DNA of 64,000 bases from an uncultured Bacilli bacterium (GCA_944363735.1 CALVVB010000063.1:11296-75295), one strand, 5' to 3'. Positions 49,251 through 59,729 are shown, counted from the stretch's first letter. The notes: generated by a model not told the origin, from the sequence alone. A program made the numbers and translations.

Positions 49251-50471
49251 TTATGACTTTAAATTATTAATAGTATTAATGACAGCAAGACGACCATAGG
49301 TATAAGTTAATGATCCTTGTTGATAAGCAACAAATGGGCTTCTTAATGGACCATCACAAGATAATTCTATAGATGAGCCTTGGGTAAATGAACCACTAGC
49401 CATAATTATTTTATCAGTATAACCTGGCATATCATCAGGTATTGGTAGAGAATTAGAATCTATTGGACTGTTGGACTGTATTCCTTGAACATATTTTATC
49501 AACAGTTTTTCATCATTAAAGATAATAGTTTGAACAATGTCAGCACGATTTTCATTGTATTTAGGATCTACATTATATCCTAATTCTTCTAGTAATCCCG
49601 CTGTAAATATAGCAGTTTTTAGAGATGCTGCAACAACACTAGGTGCTAGAAATAGTCCTTGTAAAAGTTGTCTATTAATTCCTAAAGATGGTCCTACTTC
49701 ACTACCTTCTCCAGGTAAAGTTAATCGTTCTGCACAAAGATTAATAAGATCATCTCTTCCTACAATATAGGCACCATTAGGAGCGATACCTCCACCTAGA
49801 TTTTTTATTAAAGATCCTACGGCAATATCTGCTCCTACTTCTATAGGTTCTTTTTTATTTACAAATTCACAGTAACAGTTATCTACCATAATAATAATAT
49901 CTTTATCAAGAGATTTAATAAAACTACTAACCGATTCTACTTTGTCTATAGTAAGACTCTTCCTAGTAGAATATCCTTTACTTCTTTGTATCTCTACTAC
50001 TTTAATTTTGTTAGTAGTAATAACTTCTTTAATTTTTTCATAGTCAAAGTCATTATTAACTAAATCTACTTGCATATAATTGATGCCAAAACTTTTTAAT
50101 GATGATTTATTATCTACAAGTCCTATAACTTCATCCATAGTGTCATAGGGTTTACCTGTAATACTCAAAAGAGTATCCCCTGGTCTTAAAAGAGCGAAGA
50201 AAGCGACTGTTAGAGCGTGAGAACCGGATATAAACTGATTACGTACTAAAGCTGCTTCAGCTTTAAAAATATCAGCATATATTTTCTCTATTTTGTCACG
50301 TCCTATATCATTATACCCATAACCTGTTGTAGAGTTGAAATCAGTCTCTGCAACTTGTTCTTTAATAAAGGCATTTAATACTTTCTCACTATTTATTCTT
50401 TCTAGTTCATCAACTTTACTTAATTCATCTTTTATTTTTAAATCAATTTTTTTAATTAAATCTTCACTCAT
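49251..50471 (-). CDS. methionine gamma-lyase-family PLP protein (YnbB/'aluminium resistance')
   Basis: STTGYGYNDIGRDKIEKIYADIFKAEAALVRNQFISGSHAL is characteristic of the family. Confidence 0.7.
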   Translation of the reverse strand: MSEDLIKKIDLKIKDELSKVDELERINSEKVLNAFIKEQVAETDFNSTTGYGYNDIGRDKIEKIYADIFKAEAALVRNQFISGSHALTVAFFALLRPGDTLLSITGKPYDTMDEVIGLVDNKSSLKSFGINYMQVDLVNNDFDYEKIKEVITTNKIKVVEIQRSKGYSTRKSLTIDKVESVSSFIKSLDKDIIIMVDNCYCEFVNKKEPIEVGADIAVGSLIKNLGGGIAPNGAYIVGRDDLINLCAERLTLPGEGSEVGPSLGINRQLLQGLFLAPSVVAASLKTAIFTAGLLEELGYNVDPKYNENRADIVQTIIFNDEKLLIKYVQGIQSNSPIDSNSLPIPDDMPGYTDKIIMASGSFTQGSSIELSCDGPLRSPFVAYQQGSLTYTYGRLAVINTINNLKS

Positions 50472-51208
50472 CTTTTAACACCTCCATCTATTCTAATAAT
50501 AGAATCATTTATATAACTTGCTTTATCAGTTCCTAGGAAATAGACAAGATTTGCAATTTCAGAGGTTTCTGCAAAGCGATTAAGTAATATTTTCTTGAGT
50601 TCTTCTTCTTGAAACTCTTTACTTATTTTTTTAGACATATCAGTATTAATCCAACCAGGACAAATAGTATTAACACGAATATAAGGAGCGAAATAACTAG
50701 CAAGATTATGATTAAGAGAAATAATTCCTGCTTTAGAAGCATCATAGTCAATAGATTCTGGATATGTCGTATCAAGCCCATTAGTAGATGAAATATTAAT
50801 AATATTACCTTTCTTTTCTTCTAGCATTTTAAGACCTATCTTTTTAGATAATAAATATGTACCTACAAGATTAACTTCTAAAGTCTTCATAAACTCATTT
50901 TTAGTCTTCAACTCAAAATCTTGATCAAGAGCAATACTTGCATTATTAACTAAAACATCAAGATGATCAAATTCTTTATAAATTTCATCTATCATAGAAT
51001 CAATCTCTTCTTCTTTAGATATATCACATTTAATTACTAAAGCTTTTACTTTATAAGTAGACTCTACATAATCTTTTAATTCTAAAGCTTCCTCTTTACT
51101 ATTATTATAATTAATAATAACATCATAGCCATTTTTAGCATATTCTAAAATAATTATTTTACCTAACCCTCTACTAGAACCTGTTACAAGTACATTCACA
51201 TTTATCAA
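50468..51208 (-). CDS. SDR-family oxidoreductase
   Basis: TGSSRGLG and YDASK (YxxxK) motifs. Confidence 0.8.
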   Translation of the reverse strand: MINVNVLVTGSSRGLGKIIILEYAKNGYDVIINYNNSKEEALELKDYVESTYKVKALVIKCDISKEEEIDSMIDEIYKEFDHLDVLVNNASIALDQDFELKTKNEFMKTLEVNLVGTYLLSKKIGLKMLEEKKGNIINISSTNGLDTTYPESIDYDASKAGIISLNHNLASYFAPYIRVNTICPGWINTDMSKKISKEFQEEELKKILLNRFAETSEIANLVYFLGTDKASYINDSIIRIDGGVKR

Positions 51209-51296
51209 CTCCTGCTAGTATTATAATGTAATAAGGAAAAAAAAGAAAGTACTAAGATGTACTTCATATTATCAATTCCTTGTATCAAATTATTGT

Positions 51297-51458
51297 CTAC
51301 CAACACTATTTGACAAAGAACCAAAAGAACTCTTTACACTAAATGATGTTAAGGGGGCTTGTTTTGAATATATCGAGGGTTTTTATAATACTAAAAGATC
51401 TCATTCTGCTCTTAACTTTTTATCTCCAATTCAGTTTGAAAACAGTCTAAATTTATAA
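51297..51458 (+). mobile_element. IS3-family transposase C-terminal remnant
   Basis: Own translation: ...ELFTLNDVKGACFEYIEGFYNTKRSHSALNFLSPIQFENSLNL*. This is the conserved end of the rve/OrfB domain. No start codon or upstream catalytic region is present. Confidence 0.7.
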
Positions 51459-51520
51459 AAACCCCCTCTAAAATGTGTCCACTTTCTTGACATAAGTCCC
51501 CATAGTTACTACCTTCTTTC

Positions 51521-51877
51521 TTATCTTTCTAACTTATCTACTGGTAATATAATTCCAATTTCACCCTTGGTTTGTCTTGCTTTTTGCCAACAAGAACTAA
51601 TATTAAGTCCTCCATCTGGTAGCCAAGCCATAATTATATTAACTATAGTTGGTAAAAGAAAAACTATTATAGCAGCTGCTATTTGAGATATAAGTTTTCT
51701 AATAAAGTGTTTTTGGTCTGGATCTGTTATAACTTTAATAAGTGTAAGCACTAAACTAATAATTAATATCATGGGAACTGCTATACAAATAATATCAAAT
51801 GCAGTCTGTGTAAGTGATAAAATATTTGCTAAAGCATAATCACTACAAGCATCTGCTGTTGCTAAAACATATACCAT
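51521..51877 (-). CDS. membrane protein, unknown function
   Basis: Start trimmed to MVYVLAT behind RBS aaaggagg. 3 TM segments. Confidence 0.5.
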   Translation of the reverse strand: MVYVLATADACSDYALANILSLTQTAFDIICIAVPMILIISLVLTLIKVITDPDQKHFIRKLISQIAAAIIVFLLPTIVNIIMAWLPDGGLNISSCWQKARQTKGEIGIILPVDKLER

Positions 51878-51878
51878 C

Positions 51879-52496
51879 TTAACTACCTCCTTTAGCTTTT
51901 TTCTCACTAACAGCTATTCCATCACCTATATCATAGATTGTTGTATTATAATTTTCATTATCTTTTAGAAAAGCTATATAGTCTTTTATTTTCCTCACTA
52001 TTCCCCTTACATTTCTACTTTTAATTTCTCTCTCGTTCTTATGAACAAGTCCATGAAAATACATATTATCTGTAATTATATAACCATTATCATTTAGATT
52101 TTTCTCAAAAAGTTCAAAGAACTTAATATTTTGAGCTTTCGCTGCATCTATAAAAATCAAATCAAATTTATCTTCTATTTTTACCTTTAAAGCATCATTA
52201 AATATTAAAGTAATACGATCTTCTAAATTAAGTTTTTTAATATTTTTAATTGCTTCTAAATATCTTTCTTCATCTCGCTCTATTGTTGTAATTTTTAAAT
52301 TGGGACTACAAAGACTCATCATAATAGCAGAATATCCTATAGCACTACCTATTTCTAAAACATTTTTTATTTGGTGTTTAATAATAAAGGTTGTTAGAAA
52401 GTCTATACCTTCATTTTGCATAATAGGAATTTTATTTTCTATGGCATATTCTTTTATTTGTTTTATGAGTGTATAGTTATTATTTACCATATCCAA
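51879..52496 (-). CDS. SAM-dependent O-methyltransferase (YrrM/TrmR-like)
   Basis: VLEIGSAIGYS motif I, with mltG-yrrM synteny. Confidence 0.75.
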   Translation of the reverse strand: MDMVNNNYTLIKQIKEYAIENKIPIMQNEGIDFLTTFIIKHQIKNVLEIGSAIGYSAIMMSLCSPNLKITTIERDEERYLEAIKNIKKLNLEDRITLIFNDALKVKIEDKFDLIFIDAAKAQNIKFFELFEKNLNDNGYIITDNMYFHGLVHKNEREIKSRNVRGIVRKIKDYIAFLKDNENYNTTIYDIGDGIAVSEKKAKGGS

Positions 52497-53545
52497 TCAC
52501 CATTTTCTTTTAATTCTTGCACTTTCTTATCATGTTCAGTAACACTTTTAGTAAAGTAAACATTTCTATTCTTATCTGCTACAAAATATAAATAATCACT
52601 AGTACTTGGATTAATAGCTGCTTCTATACTAGATAAAGATGGATTACATATTGGTCCAACTGGTAGACGTCCTGCCATTTTACTACTTCTAGTATTATAA
52701 GGATTATAAGTATTAAACATTTCACTAGTTAAATCAGAGTTCATATCTTCATCAAAAGCATAATATGTAGTAACATCACTTCCTAAATTCATGCCCTTAG
52801 CTAGTCTATTATTAAAAACACTTATAATCATTTTTCTATCTTCATCTTTCACACCTTCAAGTTCGGCAATACTTGCTAAAGTTATAATACTATGGATATT
52901 GTTGTTTTTTAAAGTGTTTTTATAAGGTGCTAATTTTGCTTCTTCTTCATCTAATAGTTTTCTTATAATAGTTTTACTATCTAAATTATCTTTAGAAAAC
53001 TCATAAGTATCTGGGAAAAGATATCCTTCTAAAGGATAATATATATTTTCATCTAAAATACTATCTGTTAGAAACCAATATTCATTTATTAAGCTTTTTA
53101 TAAATGTAGTATCCTTAATAGTAGAAATAAAATCTTCACTAGTAATATTAGTGTTTTTAGATATCATATCAGCATAGTCTTTAACACTTTCTCCTTCTTT
53201 AAAAGTTAACCTAATAACATTATCATTAGTATTACCATTTTCAAGTTCTAAAACAATCTCTTTTAGACTCATACCTTTATTTAAAATATATGTAGAAGCC
53301 TTTAGACTACTAACATTATTTAATTTTAGATAAACTTTAAAAAAGAATTCATCTCTTATTAAACCTTTATCATAAAGTGTTTTTGCTATGTTAGTTGTAC
53401 TCATTCCTTCTGGGATAACTACCTCAATATTTGCCTTACTACTTTTATCTATAGGACTGACATTATATTGATAATAAATAAAACTACCAATCAATAGAAC
53501 TCCTATAAAACCAAGTATTAAAGCTAATACACGCATTTTCTTCAT
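52484..53545 (-). CDS. mltG: endolytic murein transglycosylase MltG (YceG-like)
   Basis: N-terminal TM segment, LASIAELEG, and YNTR....GRLPVGPICNPS. Confidence 0.85.
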   Translation of the reverse strand: MKKMRVLALILGFIGVLLIGSFIYYQYNVSPIDKSSKANIEVVIPEGMSTTNIAKTLYDKGLIRDEFFFKVYLKLNNVSSLKASTYILNKGMSLKEIVLELENGNTNDNVIRLTFKEGESVKDYADMISKNTNITSEDFISTIKDTTFIKSLINEYWFLTDSILDENIYYPLEGYLFPDTYEFSKDNLDSKTIIRKLLDEEEAKLAPYKNTLKNNNIHSIITLASIAELEGVKDEDRKMIISVFNNRLAKGMNLGSDVTTYYAFDEDMNSDLTSEMFNTYNPYNTRSSKMAGRLPVGPICNPSLSSIEAAINPSTSDYLYFVADKNRNVYFTKSVTEHDKKVQELKENGDWIW

Positions 53546-53565
53546 ACTGCCAATCCCTTCTTTTA

Positions 53566-53874
53566 TTAAGCAGTGCTGCTTTCTGTATTAGTATCATTAC
53601 CAACTTGAGCTTTAACTTCTTCTTGAATTGTTTCAAGAATTTTTTCAATTACCTGCCACTCTTTTTCTGTCTCAATAGGATCTAGTTTAGTAGAATCAGT
53701 TCCTGGATAATATACACTAGCATAAACTTGAACATTGCCCTTATCATCTAAACTATTATCTGTGTATACAATATAACTTTTTTTAGTTTCTTCATTATCA
53801 AAAGTAAATAGCACATCATAAATTGTTTCTTTACCATATTCATCTTTTAATTTAAATTGATTTTTTCCATCCAT
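53566..53874 (-). CDS. DUF1292 (YrzB-like) protein
   Basis: YDVLFTFDNEETKKSYIVYTD pattern and conserved operon position. Confidence 0.7.
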   Translation of the reverse strand: MDGKNQFKLKDEYGKETIYDVLFTFDNEETKKSYIVYTDNSLDDKGNVQVYASVYYPGTDSTKLDPIETEKEWQVIEKILETIQEEVKAQVGNDTNTESSTA

Positions 53875-53875
53875 A

Positions 53876-54292
53876 TTATTTTCTCCTTTGATCTAAAAAT
53901 GATTGTAATATAATTGTAGCAGCTACTTTATCTATAACTTTTTTCCTTTTTTTTCTACTAGTATCTCCTTTTATTAATAGTGATTCTGCACTTTTAGTAG
54001 TCAACCGTTCATCTTCTAAATAAACAGGTATATTTAAATTAGTCTCTAGAAATTCTTTAAATTCTAGTGTTTCTTCTGCTCTTTTACCTAAAGTATTATT
54101 CATATTTTTAGGCAATCCTAAAACCAAAGCTTCAATATTAAGTTCTTTTACAATAAAGCTTAATTCTTCCAAGCAGTTTTTGGGATTATTATCATGATGC
54201 AATACTTTATATGCACTAGCAATCAAACCAGTCTTATCACTAACAGCAAGACCAATAGTTTTAGTACCTAAATCTAGTCCTAAATATCTCAT
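53876..54292 (-). CDS. ruvX: Holliday junction resolvase-like RuvX/YqgF
   Basis: Starts MRYLGLDLGTKTIGLAVSD. Confidence 0.9.
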   Translation of the reverse strand: MRYLGLDLGTKTIGLAVSDKTGLIASAYKVLHHDNNPKNCLEELSFIVKELNIEALVLGLPKNMNNTLGKRAEETLEFKEFLETNLNIPVYLEDERLTTKSAESLLIKGDTSRKKRKKVIDKVAATIILQSFLDQRRK

Positions 54293-54537
54293 TACTTATT
54301 AAGCATACTAGTAAGTAAGACTTCTACAATCTTACTTCTATCTATTGTTTTTATTTTACTTCTAGCATCTTGATAACTTGAAATATAACCTAAATCTCCA
54401 CTTATTAAGTACCCCACAATTTGATCAGTAGGATTATATCCTCTTTCTTTTAGAGAGTTATATACTTCAAGTAATGTCTTATGCACTTTTGCTTGATCAT
54501 TACTAACTAATTTAAATAATCTTGTTTTATCATCCAT
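54292..54537 (-). CDS. IreB/UPF0297 (YrzL) family protein
   Basis: VYNSLKERGYNPTDQIVGYLISGDLGYISS matches the family. Confidence 0.8.
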   Translation of the reverse strand: MDDKTRLFKLVSNDQAKVHKTLLEVYNSLKERGYNPTDQIVGYLISGDLGYISSYQDARSKIKTIDRSKIVEVLLTSMLNK

Positions 54538-54692
54538 AGTATCACCTCACTACAATTACTAAAATAAGTTTAGCATTTTTTATTGATAAGTTCAAGTAAA
54601 AGAGAAAAAAAGCATATAGATATAAAAACGTATAGTACTTTTATATTTTCATTTTATAATATTTTAACACCTCAACTTTTCTTTATAATTAA

Positions 54693-54986
54693 TTTATTAT
54701 ATATAAGTATAATGATTGTAAAGTTCCAATTTATCCTGAAGCGATTAAATATCAATATAGTGATAAAGAGTTAGAAATTGCTAAAATCTTTGCTAGTTTA
54801 AATAATAATTATTATGGAGTTCAAAGAATCGACTTTTTAAAGCGAGAAAATAATGAGTTATTATTAACTGAAATTGAAGATATTGCCCCGTATCTAGATT
54901 CTAATAGACTAGAGGAGCAAGATAGAGACAGGTTTATTAATAATTATAAAAAGATGGTATATGAATATCTGAAAAAAAGAAAATAG
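54693..54986 (+). pseudogene. C-terminal remnant of an ATP-grasp-like protein
   Basis: An open frame with no start codon: ...VPIYPEAIKYQYSDKELEIAKIFASLNNNYYGVQRIDFLKRENNELLLTEIEDIAPYL... The RIDF..(n)..L.EIE pattern resembles an ATP-grasp C-terminal lobe. Confidence 0.4.
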
Positions 54987-54999
54987 ATGGAATTACCAT

Positions 55000-56823
55000 C
55001 TATTCTGCAACACTTTCAAATTGTGAATTATAAAGTTCGGCGTAGAAACCATTTTTCTTAAGCAATTCATCATGAGTTCCTTGTTCTACTATGTCTCCAT
55101 CTCTCATTACTAAAATAAGGTTAGCATTTTTAATAGTAGAAAGTCTATGGGCGATAACAAAGCTTGTTCTACCTTCCATTAAATGGTCCATCGCTTCCTG
55201 TATTAATTGTTCCATTCTAGTATCTACACTACTAGTCGCTTCATCTAATATTAATATTTTAGGGTCTTTAAGAATAACTCTAGCGATAGTTAATAATTGT
55301 TTTTGACCTGCTGATACATTATCACTTTCTTCATTTAAAACCATATCATAACCTTCTGGCATTGTTCTAATAAAGTGATCAACGTGAGATGCTATCGCTG
55401 CATCATATACGGCTTCATCGTTAGCATTCAAATTACCATAACGGATATTTTCTTTAATAGTATCACTATAAAGCCAAGTGTCTTGTAAAACCATACCAAA
55501 GAGACTTCTTAAATCATCACGTTTCATATCTTTTATATCAACTCCATCTATCTTAATAGAACCAGAGTTAACATCATAGAATCTCATTAATAGTTTTACA
55601 ATAGTTGTCTTACCAGCACCAGTTGGTCCAACAATGGCAATCTTTTGGCCTTTATGCATCTTAGCATTAAAATCATTAATAACAATTTTATTTTTGTTAT
55701 AACCAAACTTAACATCTTCAAAAGTAACAGTATTGCCCATTTTCTCTAAATCATAAGTAACTTTCTTAACTTCAGGCACTTCTTCTTTTTCTTCTAAGAA
55801 TTCAAAGACACGTTCTGCTGATGCTACCATCGATTGAATCATATTACCTATTTGAGCGATTTGAGCAAGTGGATTCATGAAGTTTCTTATATATTGTATA
55901 AATGATAAAATATCACCTACTTCTATTTTATTCTTTATAACTAAATATCCACCTAAAATAGAGATTAAAACATAACCAAGATTACCAATAAAGTTCATAA
56001 TTGGATGCATCATACCAGAGAAAAATTGTGCTCTCCATGCAGAATCATATAACTTCTCATTAGTTTTATTAAAATCTTCTATAGTTTTCTCTTCTCCATT
56101 AAATAATTTGATAACCGTATGTCCAGAATAAGCTTCTTCTATAGTACCATTTATATTTCCTAAATACTTTTGGTGATTCATAAAGTATTTTTGTGAGTGT
56201 TTCATAATAAAACTCATCATAAATAATGCAATTGGTACTATTACTAAAGTTACTAAAGTCATTAAAGGACTTATCGTTACCATCATAATAATAACACCAA
56301 TTAAAGTAGTTACTGAAGTTAACATTTGCGAAATTGACTGATCTAAACTTTGTGATAAAGTATCAACATCATTTGTTACTCTTGAAAGTATCTCCCCTGT
56401 TGTTTTACTCTCAAAATAAGATAAAGGAAGTTTATGCATTTTATGAGATATTTTCTCTCTTAAATTGAAAGTAACTTTTTGGTTTACACCACTCATAATA
56501 AAAGCTTGTAGATATTGAAAAATAGCACTAATTATATAAAGTGATAGCAAAGTTAAAAGAATAGTACCTACTTTGGAAAAATCAATACCACTACTCGTTC
56601 CCATTACCTTACCAACAAGTCCATTAAATATTTCTGTAGTTGCTTGTCCTGATATTTTAGGTCCAATTATTGAGAATATAGCACTACAAACAGCAAAAAT
56701 TACAACAAATATTAAACTTATTTTATAAACACCTAAATACTTAAATAATTTCCTTAAAGTGCCTTTAAAATCCTTTGCCTTTTCAGTTGTTTCCATTCCT
56801 CTTGTTCCATGTCCATTAGGCAT
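55000..56823 (-). CDS. ABC exporter, fused permease/ATPase
   Basis: 6-TM domain, Walker A GPTGAGKTT, and signature VSAGQKQ. Confidence 0.9.
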   Translation of the reverse strand: MPNGHGTRGMETTEKAKDFKGTLRKLFKYLGVYKISLIFVVIFAVCSAIFSIIGPKISGQATTEIFNGLVGKVMGTSSGIDFSKVGTILLTLLSLYIISAIFQYLQAFIMSGVNQKVTFNLREKISHKMHKLPLSYFESKTTGEILSRVTNDVDTLSQSLDQSISQMLTSVTTLIGVIIMMVTISPLMTLVTLVIVPIALFMMSFIMKHSQKYFMNHQKYLGNINGTIEEAYSGHTVIKLFNGEEKTIEDFNKTNEKLYDSAWRAQFFSGMMHPIMNFIGNLGYVLISILGGYLVIKNKIEVGDILSFIQYIRNFMNPLAQIAQIGNMIQSMVASAERVFEFLEEKEEVPEVKKVTYDLEKMGNTVTFEDVKFGYNKNKIVINDFNAKMHKGQKIAIVGPTGAGKTTIVKLLMRFYDVNSGSIKIDGVDIKDMKRDDLRSLFGMVLQDTWLYSDTIKENIRYGNLNANDEAVYDAAIASHVDHFIRTMPEGYDMVLNEESDNVSAGQKQLLTIARVILKDPKILILDEATSSVDTRMEQLIQEAMDHLMEGRTSFVIAHRLSTIKNANLILVMRDGDIVEQGTHDELLKKNGFYAELYNSQFESVAE

Positions 56824-59023
56824 TTTCTAACTCCTCCTTTGAAAGTTGACTTTCTGCAATCTCACGATAAACAGAACATTCTTTAAGTAAGTCTTTATGA
56901 GTTCCGATACCAACAACCTTACCTTCATCTAAAACTACTATTTGATCTGCCTTTAGAATTGTATTAATGCGTTGAGCGACAATAAAGATAGTTGCATTTT
57001 TAGCATATTCATATAATGCTTTTCTAAGTTCAAAATCAGTCTTAAAGTCAAGTGCAGAAAAACTATCATCAAAGATATAAATCTCTGGATCTTTTGCAAT
57101 AGCACGAGCAATAGATAATCTTTGTTTTTGCCCTCCTGATACATTAGTTCCTCCTTGACTAATAGGACTCTTATAACCTTCTTTTTTAGCTAGTATGAAA
57201 TCTTCAGCTTGTGCAATTCTAGCTGCTTCTATCATCTTCTCATCAGACATATCTTCATTACTATATTTGATATTAGATTCTATTGTTCCAGAAAATAATA
57301 CTCCTTTTTGAGGAACATAACCTATTCTTTCATGTAAATCTTTTTGTAATACCTCTTTAACATTAATACCATCAACTAATATTTCTCCTTTAGTTACATC
57401 ATAAAGTCTTGGTATTAAGTTAATAAGAGTACTTTTACCACTACCAGTAGAACCAATAAAAGCAGTTGTTGTTCCTGGTTTTGCTGTAAATGTTACATCA
57501 GTAATAACATCCTCATCACTATCAGGATATCTAAAACTAACATTTTTAAACTCAACAAGTCCTTTAATTCTCTTACTATATGTTTTAGGCTTTTCTGGAT
57601 CCTTAATAGATTCATCTGTCTCTAATACTTCCATAATACGATTAGCAGAAACATTAGCACGTGGTAACATAATAGAAAACATTGATATCATTAAAAATGA
57701 CATAATTATTTGCATAGAATATTGAATAAATGCTAACATATCTCCAACTTGTAATAATCCAGAATCTATTTTATGGGCACCTATCCAAATTATTAGAACA
57801 ACAATACCATTCATAACAAACATCATTCCTGGCATCATAAAATTCATTACCCTATTAACAAAAAGGTTTGTCTTCTTTAAGTTAATATTTGCTTCACTAA
57901 ATCTCTCTTTTTCATATTTCTGATTAGAGAAAGCTCTAATTACTGGAATACCAGTAATAATTTCTCTTGTTACTTGGTTTAATTTATCAATAAGCTTTTG
58001 AACTTTTTTAAATTTAGGCATAGTAAGTGAAAATAAAGTAAATATTAATGTTAAAACACATACTATTCCTAACCAAATAATATAAGTCATTGATGGAGCT
58101 GTTTCAAAAACTTTTCTTACTGCTCCAAAAGCAAGTATTGGAGCATAAATAAACAGTCTCAAAGTCATAATAATCATCATTTGTACCTGTTGAATATCAT
58201 TAGTACTTCTAGTAATCAATGATGATATACCAATAGTTTTATATTCAGCTGTACCAAAGTTTAAGACTTTTTTAAATTCTTTATTTCTAACCCGTTTAGA
58301 AAGACCAGAACCTACTCTAGCTCCTAATAATACAGTTAAAATAGTTGAACATACACTTATTAAAGATAGTCCTAACATCTTAAGTCCTGTAATTATAATA
58401 TAGTTAGTTTGAATAGCGTCAGTATCAAGTCCTACTTCTACATATTCTAGTCTAATCGCAGAAACAGCACTTTGACTTATAATACTATCTGGCATGGAAG
58501 AAAATTGTTCATTGATAGATTTTCTCATCTCATTTAGTTCATTACTAGGTAACATTTCAATGATATCAATTATAGCCATATCTTGCATAGTACTTGGCAT
58601 ATCTTTCTTGATTTCATTTTGAATGTTAACCGCTTCCTTCTCTTCACTTGTTAACATATAATCAACAAGTATAGCTTTCTCTAAATCACTATTAGATTTT
58701 TCTTCATCTTTAATGACATAAACTGGCTCTTCACTTAAGATATCATAGTCATGTTCATCACTTTTTTCAGTAACTAACTCATAATTAGATAAAATCTCTT
58801 CTTTTTCTTTATCACTTACAAAAAGTAAAATTTCATCTAATTTAGATTTTCTAATTACTTTAGGATTAACCTCCTCTATACCACCTTGTTGTACTCCCAC
58901 ATTAATAATGTTTGAAGTATACTCTGGTATAGTTAAATCACAGTTCGCTTGAACTATTAACAGTAAAATAATTAGAATAACTGATAAAATATTATCCTTT
59001 AAATATCTAAATATCTTTAACAT
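56816..59023 (-). CDS. ABC exporter, fused permease/ATPase with a roughly 170-aa insert after TM1
   Basis: GSTGSGKST and VSGGQKQR motifs. 735 aa with a long hydrophilic segment between TM1 and TM2. Confidence 0.85.
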   Translation of the reverse strand: MLKIFRYLKDNILSVILIILLLIVQANCDLTIPEYTSNIINVGVQQGGIEEVNPKVIRKSKLDEILLFVSDKEKEEILSNYELVTEKSDEHDYDILSEEPVYVIKDEEKSNSDLEKAILVDYMLTSEEKEAVNIQNEIKKDMPSTMQDMAIIDIIEMLPSNELNEMRKSINEQFSSMPDSIISQSAVSAIRLEYVEVGLDTDAIQTNYIIITGLKMLGLSLISVCSTILTVLLGARVGSGLSKRVRNKEFKKVLNFGTAEYKTIGISSLITRSTNDIQQVQMMIIMTLRLFIYAPILAFGAVRKVFETAPSMTYIIWLGIVCVLTLIFTLFSLTMPKFKKVQKLIDKLNQVTREIITGIPVIRAFSNQKYEKERFSEANINLKKTNLFVNRVMNFMMPGMMFVMNGIVVLIIWIGAHKIDSGLLQVGDMLAFIQYSMQIIMSFLMISMFSIMLPRANVSANRIMEVLETDESIKDPEKPKTYSKRIKGLVEFKNVSFRYPDSDEDVITDVTFTAKPGTTTAFIGSTGSGKSTLINLIPRLYDVTKGEILVDGINVKEVLQKDLHERIGYVPQKGVLFSGTIESNIKYSNEDMSDEKMIEAARIAQAEDFILAKKEGYKSPISQGGTNVSGGQKQRLSIARAIAKDPEIYIFDDSFSALDFKTDFELRKALYEYAKNATIFIVAQRINTILKADQIVVLDEGKVVGIGTHKDLLKECSVYREIAESQLSKEELENA

Positions 59024-59037
59024 AAATCATACTCCTC

Positions 59038-59646
59038 CTATTTCTTTTCTACACTACATCCATATTTTAAGATATCAAGTTGTTCATAATAATCTTTAAG
59101 TATTTTTCTATCAAGACTATCCTCTTTTAACAACTTCATTAAAGTTACCATTAAAAGGTGCATATTAATGACAAAAATTACTTCAATATGCTTTTTAGCA
59201 TTATCATTAAGTAATTCTAAATTGATGTTAGGAATTAGTTCTTTAAGTAATCTCTTGTCGCGAAAACCAAAAGTTTTCTTAGACTCTTCCATCATAGTAA
59301 TATTTTCTAAAGATTTTTTTAAGAAATTAATATTATTTTTTTTAAAGGAATTATAGATTTCTTTAATGTTATCTTGAAACATTTTAAAGATATCTCCTTT
59401 ATTTTTTATTAAATTCGTTTTCATATTATCAATCAGCACTTCTAAATACTGTTCTAGAAGATAAAAATATAAATCTTTCTTATCTTCAAAATACATATAG
59501 AAACTTCCTCTAGAAATTGAAGCTTCTTTAATAATTCTATTAATGGATACATCATTAAAATTATTAATAGAAAACTCTTTAAAGCTAGCATCTATTAATT
59601 TTTTCTTCTTTTCATCATTTAATCTTAGAAAAGTATCACTAGGCAT
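59038..59646 (-). CDS. TetR/AcrR family regulator
   Basis: The HTH INRIIKEASISRGSFYMYFEDKKDLY, upstream of the ABC exporter pair. Confidence 0.8.
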   Translation of the reverse strand: MPSDTFLRLNDEKKKKLIDASFKEFSINNFNDVSINRIIKEASISRGSFYMYFEDKKDLYFYLLEQYLEVLIDNMKTNLIKNKGDIFKMFQDNIKEIYNSFKKNNINFLKKSLENITMMEESKKTFGFRDKRLLKELIPNINLELLNDNAKKHIEVIFVINMHLLMVTLMKLLKEDSLDRKILKDYYEQLDILKYGCSVEKK

Positions 59647-59729
59647 AGGCTTCCCTCCTAACAGTCACTATATCATTATATGTGACAAGTTGTCATGTGT
59701 CAACAAAAAAATAAAAAAGTAAGTAAAGA

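Noticed and set aside
2766-59356. About 30 short track ORFs, including 2766-2948, 3531-3866, 4452-4646, 5637-5939, 10744-11103, 11813-12001, 13948-14220, 16554-16742, 20002-20393, 22472-22711, 27127-27309, 29785-29994, 30825-31064, 33001-33312, 34161-34427, 34906-35254, 36924-37121, 38862-39125, 46087-46603, 48297-48497, 49537-49770, 50609-50791, 54583-54774, 55091-55306, 56953-57144 and 59168-59356.
   Set aside because: They lie antisense to, or out of frame within, well-supported genes. They have low-complexity Leu/Ile/Phe/Ser-rich translations typical of AT-rich antisense frames, and they lack RBSs.
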